Below, one piece after another: positions 13,565 through 26,781 of a stretch of 64,000 nt of DNA; positions within the stretch are counted from its first letter, which is position 1, and every line of letters begins with the position of its first letter. The translations under genes and the position numbers were made by a program. The notes below the pieces were generated by a model. The model was not told the origin of the DNA. It ran no database searches and saw nothing but the letters and a program-made list of their open reading frames with translations. Origin of the DNA: the human T2T-CHM13v2.0 reference genome, Homo sapiens; NCBI RefSeq assembly GCF_009914755.1, contig NC_060929.1. One strand, 5' to 3'.

Positions 13565-14030
13565 TGATTCACTGAATACCTGCTATGTGCTGGGCACTGT
13601 TCTAGGCTCTGTACATTGTGAACAAGATAGACAAAAGTCCTGCCCTCGTGGGGCTTTCTCATATTCTGGGGGTGGGGAAGACATAATAAAGAGGCAAACA
13701 AATAAAAATATAATCTAAGATCTGGTAGTTAAAGAGGCAATTAAAAAAATAACTAAAGTTGAGAAAGGGCATAATGAAGAGTGATGGGGTTGGGTGGTCA
13801 AGAGGAGCCTCTCTGGGGAGGTAGGACTTGAATCGGCTTGAATGGTAGGATGGAGTGCGACTTGGGACTTTCTGGAGGAAGAGGATTGCAAGCTGAGGGA
13901 ACAGCAAGTGCAATGTTGGAGCAGGAGTGCTGCTTGAGGAAGCCAGTGTGGTGGAGGGCTCTAAGGAATCAGAAGAGACAGGGGAAGAGAGGTCAGAAGA
14001 AAGGTATGGGATTTAAGCGTGGCTCTTAAA
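13565..14030 (-). mobile_element. L2 3' end remnant
   Basis: 'cactgaatacctgctatgtgctgggcactgttctaggctctg...gaacaagatagacaaaagtcctgccctcgtggggc' is the reverse of the L2 3' end. Confidence 0.8.
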
Positions 14031-17000
14031 ATCTCACCGCGATAGAATGGGCCAGGTAACCGGAGCCGTTGTTGGCTGTGAGTGGTAGGAGGAAGACAGC
14101 CAGACAATGATGGCTGAGAGGTACAAGTCAGGCAAGGAGTAGACTCAGGTCACAAGGGGCCGCCATGCTGACAGGGAGGCCTGATGGAGTCTCGAAACAA
14201 GCACAGTGGAGTGATCTAGGAGGGCAGGAGCAGCACAGGCTGCAGAGGGCAAAACTGCTGTCCTGAGAAGGACGTGGCAGAGAAAGAGCAAATAGACATA
14301 GCATTGTGGGACTGTGAAACAAGGTGAAGTGTTGGCTGCAGGACAGGGAGACTCCATTGTCCAGAGGTGAGCTTTGGGACAGAACAGGCCTGGCACCCTG
14401 GGAGAAATTCATTCTAAGTTAACTAAATACTTAATTTCCTTCTAACCAAAGCTGGAATCAGTCCTGCTAGCTGGAGCAGAAGGTACCTGTGGGGAGGCTG
14501 GGAATTTGGGGATTATCATAAAATTCCCTTCCTGTTTCTAAGTTCAAGGGTAGAGTTGTTAATATTTTGCTCTTCTGCATACCTAAATAGCCCTAAAACA
14601 GTCATGGGGCCCTAGGAAAAACAGAAAAAGTGCTCTGCATCCACTAATGAAAAATAATATTTGATACTACAGGAAGGAAACAGCTGCAGTAGTGAATATA
14701 GCAGGACAGATGGATCCTTAAAAAGAGCTCTGCTGGTCCATAATAGATTAAAGCTAAGGAAAGGAAAAGGCTTGCCAGCCCAGAGAAATAGTGATGCCCC
14801 CAGGATCATGTTAGTAATAATGGTAAGAAAGCTACCGTTATAATGACCGTTACTATTAACTTCCATTTATTGAATTACCACTATTTTCCAGGCACAGAGC
14901 TAGGCACTTCACTTGATTTCCCAGTCTGATACCCATGGAGACAGGAGAAGGGCTGGCAGGTGGTGGTCTTTATTGCTATTGTTTACTGTTTACCCTGAGT
15001 GCAGACCCAGTTGAGAAATAAGTCCCAAGGATCACACCAATTTAGATTAAAATGTCAGCTTTAAGCCTGAAAAACAGAACTAGAAAGTGTGACTTGGATT
15101 TGCTGTCAAATGGACTTCCTAATGTACCTCTCCAAAAAGGAAAACTTTCCCCACAGTAATAAGGCCTACTCCTATAAGCTTAGTTTACAGCAAGAAAAAA
15201 AAAGTCCACATTCTTTAGGAGAGATAGAGAGGGAAAGGAAGAGAGACCAAATAAGCAAATTATGCTATCAATAAGTGACTCCTTGTTCCAATGAGCAAAG
15301 TAAAAAAGGGAAAATATGGAAAAGTTCCTCTGTCACTTTTTCCTTAAGAAGCAGAGGGCAAATTCTCCTCTTTGTGTGAAAGAGTATATGGAAGAATTGG
15401 GATAAATAACCATTTTGGTCTTATGTTCATTTTCACAGACAAGTCAACTATAGTTCTGAAGTGTAAGTAACTTGACCAAGTCATAGACCTATGAGATAAA
15501 AGATAGTTCAGGATTTGAATTCAGGTCAGTCTGACTCAGAAGTCCTAATTCTTTCCACCATGTCACTTAAGTTAACTTATCAATTTTTTTAATTCTTACA
15601 AAAATAACAAAGGATCACTGTAGAAAGTACAAATTAGAAAAGAGAACTGAGAATGCCTAGAACTACCCATAGCCTTTGCGTTTATCTTGATGTAGAGCCT
15701 CCTTCTTTTGTGTTAGATAGCCTGTCTGAGAAAAAGCTCAAAGTAGATTACGACTGGGAAATTTCTGAGGGGGTTGCAGGACAAGGACCATCATGGAGAC
15801 AGGGCCTGGGGCCCAGAGAATGGAGCTAAGAAGTAGTTCTGCAAACTCCTGAGGCCCAGCAGTCCTCAACATCTGCCTGCCAGCTCTCATCTTGGCAACG
15901 CCCGCATCCAATTCCCTCACCTGTTCCCTCCTCCTGGGTTTCTGATTGAAGTCCCTCCCTTCCTCTGGCACCCAAAGCAGGAAAGCTGCCTCATCCATCA
16001 TAGTCCTTTCTTGTTTCCAAGGCCTCATACCTATGCTTTTTCTTGTTTGATCATTCCTTTTCAGTTCCCAGAGCACCTGGTTACTGGCAGTTTCCTGGTT
16101 TTGAATGACTTCCTCATTTATACATCTGGAATTTGAGGTTCCTTCTTTCTTAAATGTCTACCTGGCTTCCAGCTCACTGTTTTCTCAGACCTTCATTCTT
16201 TTGTTGCTTCCACAGATAATTCTATCACCTGGCTTTTAGAACAAGGCCATTCCTGCTCTAGTATGCTGACCTGCTCAAAGCCACATTTTACCCAGAGTCT
16301 AGCCCATCCTCACACCTAACATCTATCCAGACTCTTATCCAGGCCTGGATTTCACAGGCCCAGTGCCAACACAACATGCACAACCAGTGGCCGTCTGTGT
16401 CTGCAGGGTGACACTAGTCTTTTCCACTTCTACCAATAGTCTGATTAGTCAACAAGGCTCTAAGACACTTCCAACCCCATATGTCTTACACAGTAATTTG
16501 TTCTATTTTCATAGATACTCTGCTTAGAATTAGTATTATTTATACCTTGTCAATTAGTGTGTTTATCATCACTTCTCTGATAACAATAGAAATGTATCCC
16601 CGTGAAGAGAATATGTTTACAAGGTATTAAAGAATTGTTTTTAAATTTGTTTTCAACTCTCTATGATATATATTCCATTAAAATTCTCTGATGCCATACT
16701 TGTTCCTCTTCCTAAAAATAAGACATCAACTTGGCATGAGACCATAACCCAACTGCCTTGGACTGTTACTTACAAGATTACAAGTACTAAATGGAATAAA
16801 TCTTATTGGACAAATTCAAATGGTTAAATAAAATCAATTAATGAAGTTAAAATATTGATTTAAATGAAAAAAAAGAGCTTTAAGAAGTATTCAAATCAGT
16901 GTCTGCACTTAGAACTTGACTAAAATATCAAGGTTTTCTAGGAAGAACTTGAAAATTATTTCCCTAAGCCCACACCTTTCTATGTTCAATGTCATTGCTA

Positions 17001-18158
17001 TGGCAATGAAGAACTCCTGTTAGGCATTACTAGTTAAAAGCAGGTAGGAAGCCAGTGCACATATACTGCCCTCCCGCTTCTAAGACATGTTTCCATTTTG
17101 CTAGCAAGGGAGATCAAACCACAAGATCTGAATCCAAGTGGAGGAAGGGGGATGAGTCTCGAATTCTCCGACCGTTCAACTTTTCAGATTCAGGAGGCTT
17201 TGGGGTGGGTACCAAAGATCTTAAGGGGCTTGGATAAGATCATCTAATCACTGGAATGCACTCTATTCTAAACTCAGCTTTGAAATCACTTCTTGGAACT
17301 GCATTACATAGGCATACCTTCAAGCCTACTGTATACCAACACATATAATTGGGTAAGTACTAGTTTTGTTCAGACAATAGAAGAATAAATTGGTAGAGTG
17401 ATTTTACTGAGTTAGCACATAGCTTATTAAAGCCTGGTCCCTGACAGATAACCAGCAGTGTCACTATCTCCAGGGCCGAGTGTGATCAAGGAGCTAAAAC
17501 CGCAAGTTTCTGAAACCAATCAAGAGTCAAAGATCTTTGAGATCTAGCAGGAGGTAAATTTGTCCTTGGACACTATTGAATAAATCTGAAGAAGGACCCC
17601 AGGGGATATGTTTATCACTATTACAGTGCTCTTTTAACATGGAGCCCCCTGACCCAAGAGACAGGCAGGATGGAGCTCTAGAAAATCATATGGTCTTCCT
17701 GGCCAGGAAAGTAATCTTTGTCCCATTATCTAACATCAATGGCACCATATTCACCACATAGTAGTGACTGATATACAAAAGAGGCTTTTCTTCGTGTTGG
17801 AAAAAAAAAAATCTGCTTTTTTTCCCCTGTTCAAATGTGTGGGATTTTATAGCACAGTGCTAGACCAGCTCAATACCTGATTGAAATAACCCAAGAGGAG
17901 GATACAGAGTGAAGGCTGAATTCAGAATGCTCTGTGAAAGTACATCTGTTTTATATGAGACACACAATCTGTCTCATTCCAACCTGCATTTCTGGGTCAC
18001 TTGAGACATTTAAACTGCACTTATAATTAACAGCTATTTTTAAACAGTGAAAAAATAGAGCACTGGTAAGGTACAAAAGCATTAAAATTGCCCCAGTTTC
18101 GCTTTTCAATAGGACACACCACTGCAATATGCTTCAAGATCAAAGAGAGCTCAGAAAA

Positions 18159-18186
18159 AGAGAGAGAGAGAGAGAAAGAGAGAGAC
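18159..18186 (+). repeat. (GA)n microsatellite
   Basis: agagagagagagagagaaagagagagac. Confidence 0.85.
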
Positions 18187-20874
18187 AGGCCGATCAGTGG
18201 GGATAAATTGTTCCCATTATGATGGTGTAAGAATAGGGTTCTTTCAATTGAAACAATTTAATAACCACATTCATTACATTGGTGTCCACTTGGTTTTATC
18301 TGAGCAGTTTTTGCATAACTGGGGAACAAGTTCAATTGAGCTTATTCTCTAGAAATTAAGATGTGCCGGGTTTGACATTCAGAAATTGGGCACTAATAGT
18401 CGACAAAGCAGTTGTCTTGAGATTCCCCCTGGATGTAGTGAGATCTGTGTACCACTAATTATGTCAAATGCAAATGCATTTTCTAGAAGTCCTACCCAAA
18501 ATTTTCGTGAGCTCATTTCAAGGTGGTTAAGGTTACATTAGGGTGATGATGGAATATCAGAGTCTCTTCTTTGGAATATTCTTATAGAATCACTTTGCAA
18601 AGCATCACTTATATAGGTATAGCGATGCCATCTGTAAACTTGTTTTTCCCTCAGCTATCACCAGAGGAAATCTTTTGGAGCACTCATCTAATATTCTGTG
18701 AGATCAAATAGAATCACGACAAATACTGGAACTGCCGATTTGACAAATAACAAGGGGATCATTCATTTAAAGGGGAAAAAAGTCACTAATTTCCCAGGAT
18801 TGACTTCAACTATGGATATCTACATACTAGAAAAAGTGTCGGATTTTCTGCCAAGCAGCTTTCCTGAGAGTGGTTACATTTGCTGGTTCTTAACTGCACT
18901 ATGGAGCATAATGTGTCATTTGAAGAGTAGTTTATCCTAAAGTGCTATTTTAAAAAGATATTAGGAATGGAGCTGTAAAAATGCATATAGAAGAAGAAAA
19001 GCCAGGGTTTACATATGATGTATTAGATATACACAATCCATTCCTGTCTGCTTCTCTCGCCAGGAACTAAATCACGTACAGGAACATTTAAGAGATATTT
19101 CCCAGTGTACGCTAAATCCTTCTTTGTTTTCTTATTGCTGCCAAACAAGTGGAGAGTAAAGAATTGTTGAAACACACGTTGGGTGGCAACTTCATAATAG
19201 CGGCACTTCTTCTTTCCTTCTTTTCTCCAGAAGACAAAGTATAAAAACTGAGAAGTTACCCTTACTTCTGCAAAAGCTTTTGAATAATGGTTTTTCCAGG
19301 AGCAAGTGCACTTCTCTCACTAGACCATTTCCCCAGATGGGATTTGCAATATAAAACCACCATAGATTGGCTTATTGAGGAAAGGAGATAGACTTGTACA
19401 AATCACTGGAAAGATAAATAAGCTACAGAGATCAATAAATAAAAGCCAGGCAGAAAAAAAATCAAACTCTGGCATTCCAGACCAATTAAGATGTTATTTA
19501 CTGCCCATGTGATTGTAACTTCGATGCTCTCCTTTCCCGTTTTCACACCATAGGCATTTGTTTTGCTGAGAGAAAGATATATAACTGATGTGTAAATAGA
19601 AAATGATATAGATAGATTTTATGTCCCATAAAACTGTTAATCTGTGCTCCACATTAAATATAAAGTACATTTTTTATTTAGACACTGCACTGGTATAATT
19701 AAAATAAAGTATGCTGGCTTTATTTTTTCAGTAAGTCATTTCCAACCATAGAGATCAAATAACAGTGCAACAGCAGCATGAAATGTGGTTATAATAGCCT
19801 GGGACCACATTTCCTGAAACTAAAACATGGGAGATAATAGTGTGAAGGTACAAATTAAATGCAAATAAAACAGATTCCCTATTGTTGCTAATCCCTGGAT
19901 TGGGTTTCAGTAGGGAAATTTAGCTGTAATGCTTAACTTCTTTGTACAGCAATCATTGACATGTTATCAGTTGCATTTTGAGATCATTGATAGAAACTCT
20001 CAACAAAGAATTTAGACTACCTGTCCACCTTTCAGGAAGAAAATGGAAGTTGTCTGGGGCAAATCAAATAAAAAGATACTGCCCAGACTGCCTCCGGGAC
20101 ACTTATGGCAGTTGGCAAACACTGATTAACTTGTTTCATAATTGATATACATTTTTGTGGCAACCTACTTTCATTTGCCCAGCAGAAGCTTTTTTATTTC
20201 AGAGGTGTGTCAGCATGGCTTAGCAAGCACCCATTTTTGAGGGTGACTGCTCTGAAAACATCTCAAATTTTAACACAAGGGGGCCTTACAGTAGGTTTGT
20301 GTTACAATTTCTGGTTTTCCTATGCTGTAATAAGCCTACATGCCATGGCAATAAAGAATGGCTGGTAAAATATAGATGTTTTTAACAATTGAAAAATATG
20401 ATTTAAAGTGAACTTGGCAAAATCACCTTTTCTTTCAGCCCAGTTTCACAAGGACCTTGCTACTAGTGTTTAAAATGGTCATTGAGCAATTTGTTTCTTG
20501 GAATTTCCAAGTGCACTGACATGAGTAGTCATTCTGATGAGATATGGCTCTTTTCTAGACAAGAAACTAACTCATGTTTTGGGGCTCTCTGATAAACAAT
20601 CTCTTTCTAGTCTTTCATAAAATGGCATTTGTCTTGTAACTCCATAATTTGCAGCTCTCGACTTCCAGGAAAGTTCTGGGCATGTTACATTCTGTCTTTT
20701 ACATTCTGTAACTACAAATAGCAGTAATAGTGCATGCTAAGAAAATAAATGACTTTCCTCCTCACTTCCAAAAACTGTCAGGGACTATCAGAAAGTTTCT
20801 GTAGTCCCTTCCTCACCTGGAAGCCTTATGGGTCTCAAAGAAGAATCAGGAGCCACATTTACCCAGGTTAATCA

Positions 20875-21105
20875 AAAATGAGGAGCACACGGGGGTGCCC
20901 AAGATAATGCACTGGGATGCAAAAAAAAAACATTAGATTAGATATTTTATTCATTTATACACTAAAAAGAAAGGAAGATTTACTAGCAGTAAAAATATAG
21001 AGCTTAATGGTAGTATAACTTAGAAGAAAATGTACATATTTGGAGGTTCATACTGTAAATTTTTAAGCAATTTTGTGCATAATTTTTATAGTTTGAAGAC
21101 AATTG
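20875..21105. mobile_element. hAT-Charlie-like DNA transposon fragment
   Basis: 'gggggtgcccaagataatgcactgggatgcaaaaaa...agtttgaagacaattg' resembles Charlie-type MITE interior and end; decayed. Confidence 0.35.
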
Positions 21106-21166
21106 GCTTGGTGACTGCTATTAATCCTCCAAATATTGGTATAGAAGAGAACTTTTGGAGACTCTG

Positions 21167-21686
21167 TGTGGTAAGCAGACTAATGGTCCCCGAAAAATGT
21201 TCATGTTCTAATCTCCAGAACCTGTGAATATGATATCTGGCACAGCAAAAGGGACTTTGCAGATGTAATTTAGTGCATGGACCTTGAGATGGGGCGATTA
21301 TCCTGGATTTTTTTCAGGTGGTCTCAATCTAACTACATGAGTCCTTAAAAGTGAAAACCATTTTCCAGCTGGATTCAGAGAGTGACAGATGTGATGACAG
21401 AAGAGGGAAAGATACATGCCATGTGAGAAGAATTTGACCTGCCATTGTTAGTTTTGAAGATGGAGGAAGCGGCCACAAGCCAAGGAAGGCAGGTGGCCTC
21501 TAGAAGCTAGGAAAGACAAGGGAACGGGTTCTGCCCTGGAGCTTCCAGAACAAATGCAGCTCTGTTGACAAGTGATTTAGCCCAGTGAAAACTCTGACCT
21601 ACAGAACTGTAGGAAAATAAATTTGTGTTTTTTTAAGCCACTAAATTTGTGGTAATTTGCTATGAAAGCCATAGGAAATGAATACA
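21167..21686 (+). mobile_element. MLT1 (MLT1D-like) MaLR solo LTR
   Basis: Starts tgtggtaagcagactaatggtcccc; 'gggactttgcagatgtaatt...gaccttgagatgggg'; ends 'taagccactaaatttgtggtaatttg...ggaaatgaataca'. Confidence 0.9.
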
Positions 21687-24455
21687 TTCCATCTGCCCTA
21701 ATTCTGAGTGCTGGAGTATTAGGAAAAATTTAAGTACAGTACCAAATAGATTCAAGTTGCAATCACTGGAACATTTTTGATCAACACCTCCTGATTTCAC
21801 ATCATTAGAGGAACAAATAGCAGCAAAATACGACATGATAAGTTGACTATATTGTATTTACAAAATTGGAAATAGAATAGGAACAAGCTCTTTGGTCAAG
21901 AAGAGGTGAGAGTTTACAGACATGATCTTTACCCATTACCTGAACATTATTTCCAATGCCAGCAAATATTTTTAAAAAGAGTAAAAAATCTGAACCTGGG
22001 ATATGTTGCATTTGCCCCAAATCTAAGGCACTTAGAGAATTTTAAAACTCATTCCTCAACATCTGAACTTCAGAAAGTAAAATTTCCAGGAATGACAGTA
22101 TCGTGCTGGAAACATTAATGTGCCAGCACGAAATAATATCATTCTGTAGGAGGTAATAAAGGTATGAATTATGTCAAATTGTATTTGGTTCATGGATGTT
22201 ACTATGCTTCTTATGGGCAGATACAGCTAACAGGCACAAGAACACCTGCCCATCTCCCTCAGAAAATTAAAGTCGTGTGCACAAACATCCATCTGAGAAA
22301 TTAGAGGACTGTTTGTGACAAAATGAAAATGTGCAGTGTTTTAGATATACCTCCTAAGGAAAAGGAATATCTCCTGTTACAGCAGAACATACATTTTCTC
22401 CTGGTCCTCATTGTAGAAAGAACCATTAAGCAAGTGGTGGCTTCTACTCCTGTTAGGTAACAGAATATGCTAAATGAACTTGCTTCTATGCTATATAGCA
22501 CCGCCATTATGGACTCTAGCCATTAATTGGTTTGGGGTCACTGGCCATCTTAGTTAATGTGAGGAATCTATTCTTCTTTAAGTAAAATGTACAATGGCGT
22601 CTCCTATTGAAATGGGCCAGTTTTCAAATGATATGCATCATTATGCATGTGTCAATGTACACATGTATGGGTTTTCCTGCATTTATTTATTTAGGGTAAG
22701 AAAACAGTCCATTTTGTAAAGTTTAAAGAAAGTATTTACAGGTGCCATTGTGTACCAAAGTTTTTGAAAAGTTTGAGAAAAATGTGGCACAAGGAAAATG
22801 CAAAACTCTATGAGCCTCATTGTGATTTAACCCTTTTGGAGCCAAAGCACTAACAGGGGAAAAGGCTGCCTTTCTCTTCTTTCCCCCTCTCTGCGGATGC
22901 ATATAGATGACACCACAAACAGAACCATCGCTCCTGCTACAACCTCGATAAAAATGTGCTCAGTTAATCTACACAACATAGAGTCATCCTCTCCAAAAGT
23001 AATTCACTTCTTTAAAAACTGGAAGGAAAATAAATATGGTACAGTTAAATTGTTGAGTAGAGGAATCTATCTGGACATTTCACAAAACATTTCATTATGC
23101 TGACAATTCCCAGAAGTACTCTCAAGAGTGCTTTAAGCTGAGGATTACTGCGCTGGAGCTGATGGACTTTTTTTGTAGCCCCTTTAAAAGGCAGTGAACC
23201 GTTTTTCTATTTTATTTAAATAATGCCCCTTAAAATGGATTTTTAGAGGTATAATAACTCCTTAAGAGTCAGTTATGCTAAACAGTTTCTCTTGATAGAA
23301 ATGTTGTAAAACTCGTTAACTGCACAATTTCAGATGCCGGCTTGGTGAACACTAACTGACATGTGAATGACCAGAGTTTGTAAAATAAATTGCAATAGTT
23401 GTTGTATCACACAGCTAGCACTGCACAAGCTGGAGGCCACGAGGGGCTCCAATCTGACAGAAAATTACTTCAAGATGAATGAAAAGTGCTTGTTTCTCTT
23501 TATTAGTTTTTAGAGAACAATGAAAATGTGGAATTGTTTACAGAGGGCTGATTAAATGTGGTCAGTGGGGCCACATCCCTACTGCTAACTGTTAGCCTCC
23601 CCCTCCCTCCGGCCCCCAACCTACACACTCACACACCATACAACTGCAAGCACCCCTCCTCACCCCACCCCCACCCTCAGCCTCCTGCCACATGCATCTT
23701 CTTATGCGCTATTATGGCTGCACATCTGTGTGTGAAATGTGCTCATTCTGACATTCCACTGCTGCTCGGCGCTGCAGAGGCCTTTGTTAGGTAAAACACT
23801 GTTGTCAAGCCTAACAAGCAGGTCATGCAATTTGCTGGACACTGTGGCAGAGAATAGCCCACGATGGATTGCTTCGGCCTCAGACAATGTTCAGTTCCAT
23901 GTTGGAATACATACATATTTCTTTCATTGTGCAGCACTACGAAAAGTCATGACTTTTTTTTTAAGACTTTGATTTTTTTAAAAAGTAGGTTCCTTGTGTT
24001 AGACTACCCCAGAATAGCCTGTTTGTTGTATTTACTTAGGATAACTACTGTCTTACGGCTAAAGGAAAAAGGCATGAAGTGCTTTAATTGGTCATTTGTG
24101 GCTTAATTCCATTTATGTTTGACCAGAAAGCACAGCAGAGGAAAGGCACTAGTTACCACCTTAATACTTAAAGGGGTGGTCAAAACCAGGGCATTTAGGA
24201 GGATGTTGTGGAGAAGGATTCTCACTGTAAATTTCCACAAAGTAAACAGCCCTTGATGGAAAGAAATATGATAACTCATTAATAAGCATATGTCAAGCAC
24301 AGAGAAAATAGTCTTTTTACCAGACCAAGCTAAATGAATTAGATCCAAAAAATGTTTTGGTAAACGAAAAAATTAAGGAAAAGCAAATCACTACCATTCA
24401 GCTCAACAAACAGCCTTCCACGGCCCACAACCTACCTCACTCCTAACCTCTCCCT

Positions 24456-24458
<3 letters not shown>

Positions 24459-24494
<36 letters not shown>
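24459..24494 (+). repeat. (CA)n microsatellite
   Basis: About 18 uninterrupted AC units. Confidence 0.95.
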
Positions 24495-24499
<5 letters not shown>

Positions 24500-25054
24500 G
24501 AAAAGCAGCAGTAACAGGGAGCAGTTTGAATGCTATTTGTGGCATCTTAACACAATACATAGCCCACACCCCAAATGTGCAAGCAGGATTCTCTCCCGCT
24601 CTGTGCAGAATATGCATTCTGAGCCTATTATGTGTATAAACAATGGCATATGTAATTACCTTTCTAGGGTGGCAATTATTCCTCAGAATCAACAACCAGA
24701 GTTAAAGCATGTTCCCCCAAAAGACATTTGGGGATCAATTCTGGGTCAATTGCGTCAGGCTTTGATTTATCACATGGTGTCAGGCCATGTTAAAAAAAGT
24801 AAGTTAAAAAAAAAAACTGTATGAGGTAAAGGCCAATGGTTTGACTCAAATTGGTTTGTTTCCAACTTTGCTTTCTCCCAATTGCTCTGCCCTTCCTCCA
24901 TTCTCAAAACAACTGTGATTTGCTGGGTTTTAGCTGTTAGACAGTTTGCTGTTCAGGAATATTAAATGCAGTAAATCTGGACTATGTCCAGATTCAATCT
25001 ACCCTACACACACACACATACATACACACACCAGGCATGGGGACTTTCTCCTAG

Positions 25055-25265
25055 GATATGGCACAGAGTAGGGGTGAATAGTTCAGGCTTTGGAGTTCAA
25101 GAGGTCTGGATTTGGAGTCCCACAACTTAAGCAAGATAGCATACCTCCACAGTGCATAGTGCCTACTTCAAATGGTTATTGTGAGGTTTAAAGGAGATAG
25201 TTGAGAGAATATGTGTAAAGTATCTCACTGCCTGACACACCGTGAGTACCCTGTGAATAGAGAAA
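25055..25265 (+). mobile_element. MIR SINE remnant
   Basis: 'caggctttggagttcaagaggtctggatttggagtccc...ggttattgtgaggtttaaaggagat...tgcctgacacac'. Confidence 0.7.
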
Positions 25266-26440
25266 TTACTATTCTATTGACAGATGGGGCAGCACATGAC
25301 AAGTGGAGCAGCCCCTCTGAAAGCCCTGTCCATGCATACAGAGTGCGGCAGGGCCCAGGGCAGCAGAGTGGATGTTGGTACAAATAACGGCTGAACTGGC
25401 AAATCCAAGACACCAAGTAAGAGGCCCAGGGGACTAGACTGTATAAAAATATCCAGTTTATTTGGATACGTTCCAAGTAGATTGATTGTAAGCTACCAAC
25501 CCCTAAGTAGCACCAATAAAGGTGCTATTCCATTAGCAAGACTACACTAGGCACCAGGAATGCACAGATGGACACTCCAAGAAATCTTCCAGAACAGGAA
25601 ATAAATATCTACAGTTTAGTAGAACACAAGTTAATAACTAATACTTCCTGGAAGATACCTCATGCAAACTAAAAGTGGCATAACAAATATCCAGTATCAC
25701 GACCAGGAGTTTGGGAGTGGGGCGATTCAGCCTGTTACAGACAAATCATATCACTAAAGTTACCAGTCCAATTAGAGCTATTCCTTACTGAGGAGCAAAT
25801 AATATTTTTTTAGAAATTAAGTTAAAAGGGATCATATGAGAATTCACATCACATTATTTATGGAGCAATATAATGCCTCATTCAAAGAACACTTTAAATC
25901 CAGTTTATACAGAGCAACATTGTTTATTTAATAAGATGGAAATAGCACTTACACAATGCATTTCTCAGACAGCACACAGTGCTATTGGCAGTATGTATTG
26001 GCAGCTTAATTAAGAAGTCTGTTGATGATGTTAAAAAAAAGCTGACACATTTTCAATTCAGATGGACACTCCTCAAGACAAAGACATGTCTATTGTTGGC
26101 TCATACATACTAAAATGTGTCATAGACACTACATAAAATGTCTGGTATCTACAGTTATATCAGTGTCTTTACACTGGGAAAATCATGACACACTTATTCT
26201 CAAGTCAGAAATAAATTTTTGGAAAAATTAGACAGTCATTTAACTTATGGAACACGAAGGACAATGAATACAATGAATACTGAAATAATTACTTAGCCAA
26301 ATTTTCATAGAGCCGTTGCCCAGATGGATTTTGTTCCATCCCTATCCTATCTTGGGTCTCTGAGTACCATCACCCACGTTTGATCCAGATCTTCCTCTTC
26401 TTCATGCTAATAACTCACTCAGAATGGCAGGCCCCTAGGG

Positions 26441-26781
26441 CTGGGGTCCACAGGCTGCAGACTAGTACCCGTCTGTGGGGGTCCATGGCCTATTAGGAAC
26501 CAGGCCGCACAGCAAGAGGTGAGCAGTGGGCCAGTAAGCATTGCCACCTGAGTTCTGCCTCCTGTCAGATCAGTGGCAGCCTTAGATTCTCATAGCAGCG
26601 CAAACCCTACTGTGAACTGTGCATGTGAGGGATCTAGGCTGCGCACTCGTTATGAGAGCCTAACTAATGCCTGATGATCTGAGGTGGAACAGTTCCATCC
26701 CAAAACCATCCCCACACCATCCACAGAAAAATTGTCTTCCAGGAAACTGATCCCTGGTGCCAAGAAGGTTGGGGACCACTG
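26441..26781 (+). mobile_element. MER1 (MER1B-like) hAT-Charlie MITE
   Basis: 'ggcctattaggaaccaggccgcacagcaagaggtgagc...gaaactgatccctggtgccaagaaggttggggaccactg'; perfect 8-bp TSD ccctaggg (26433-26440 / 26782-26789). Confidence 0.93.
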
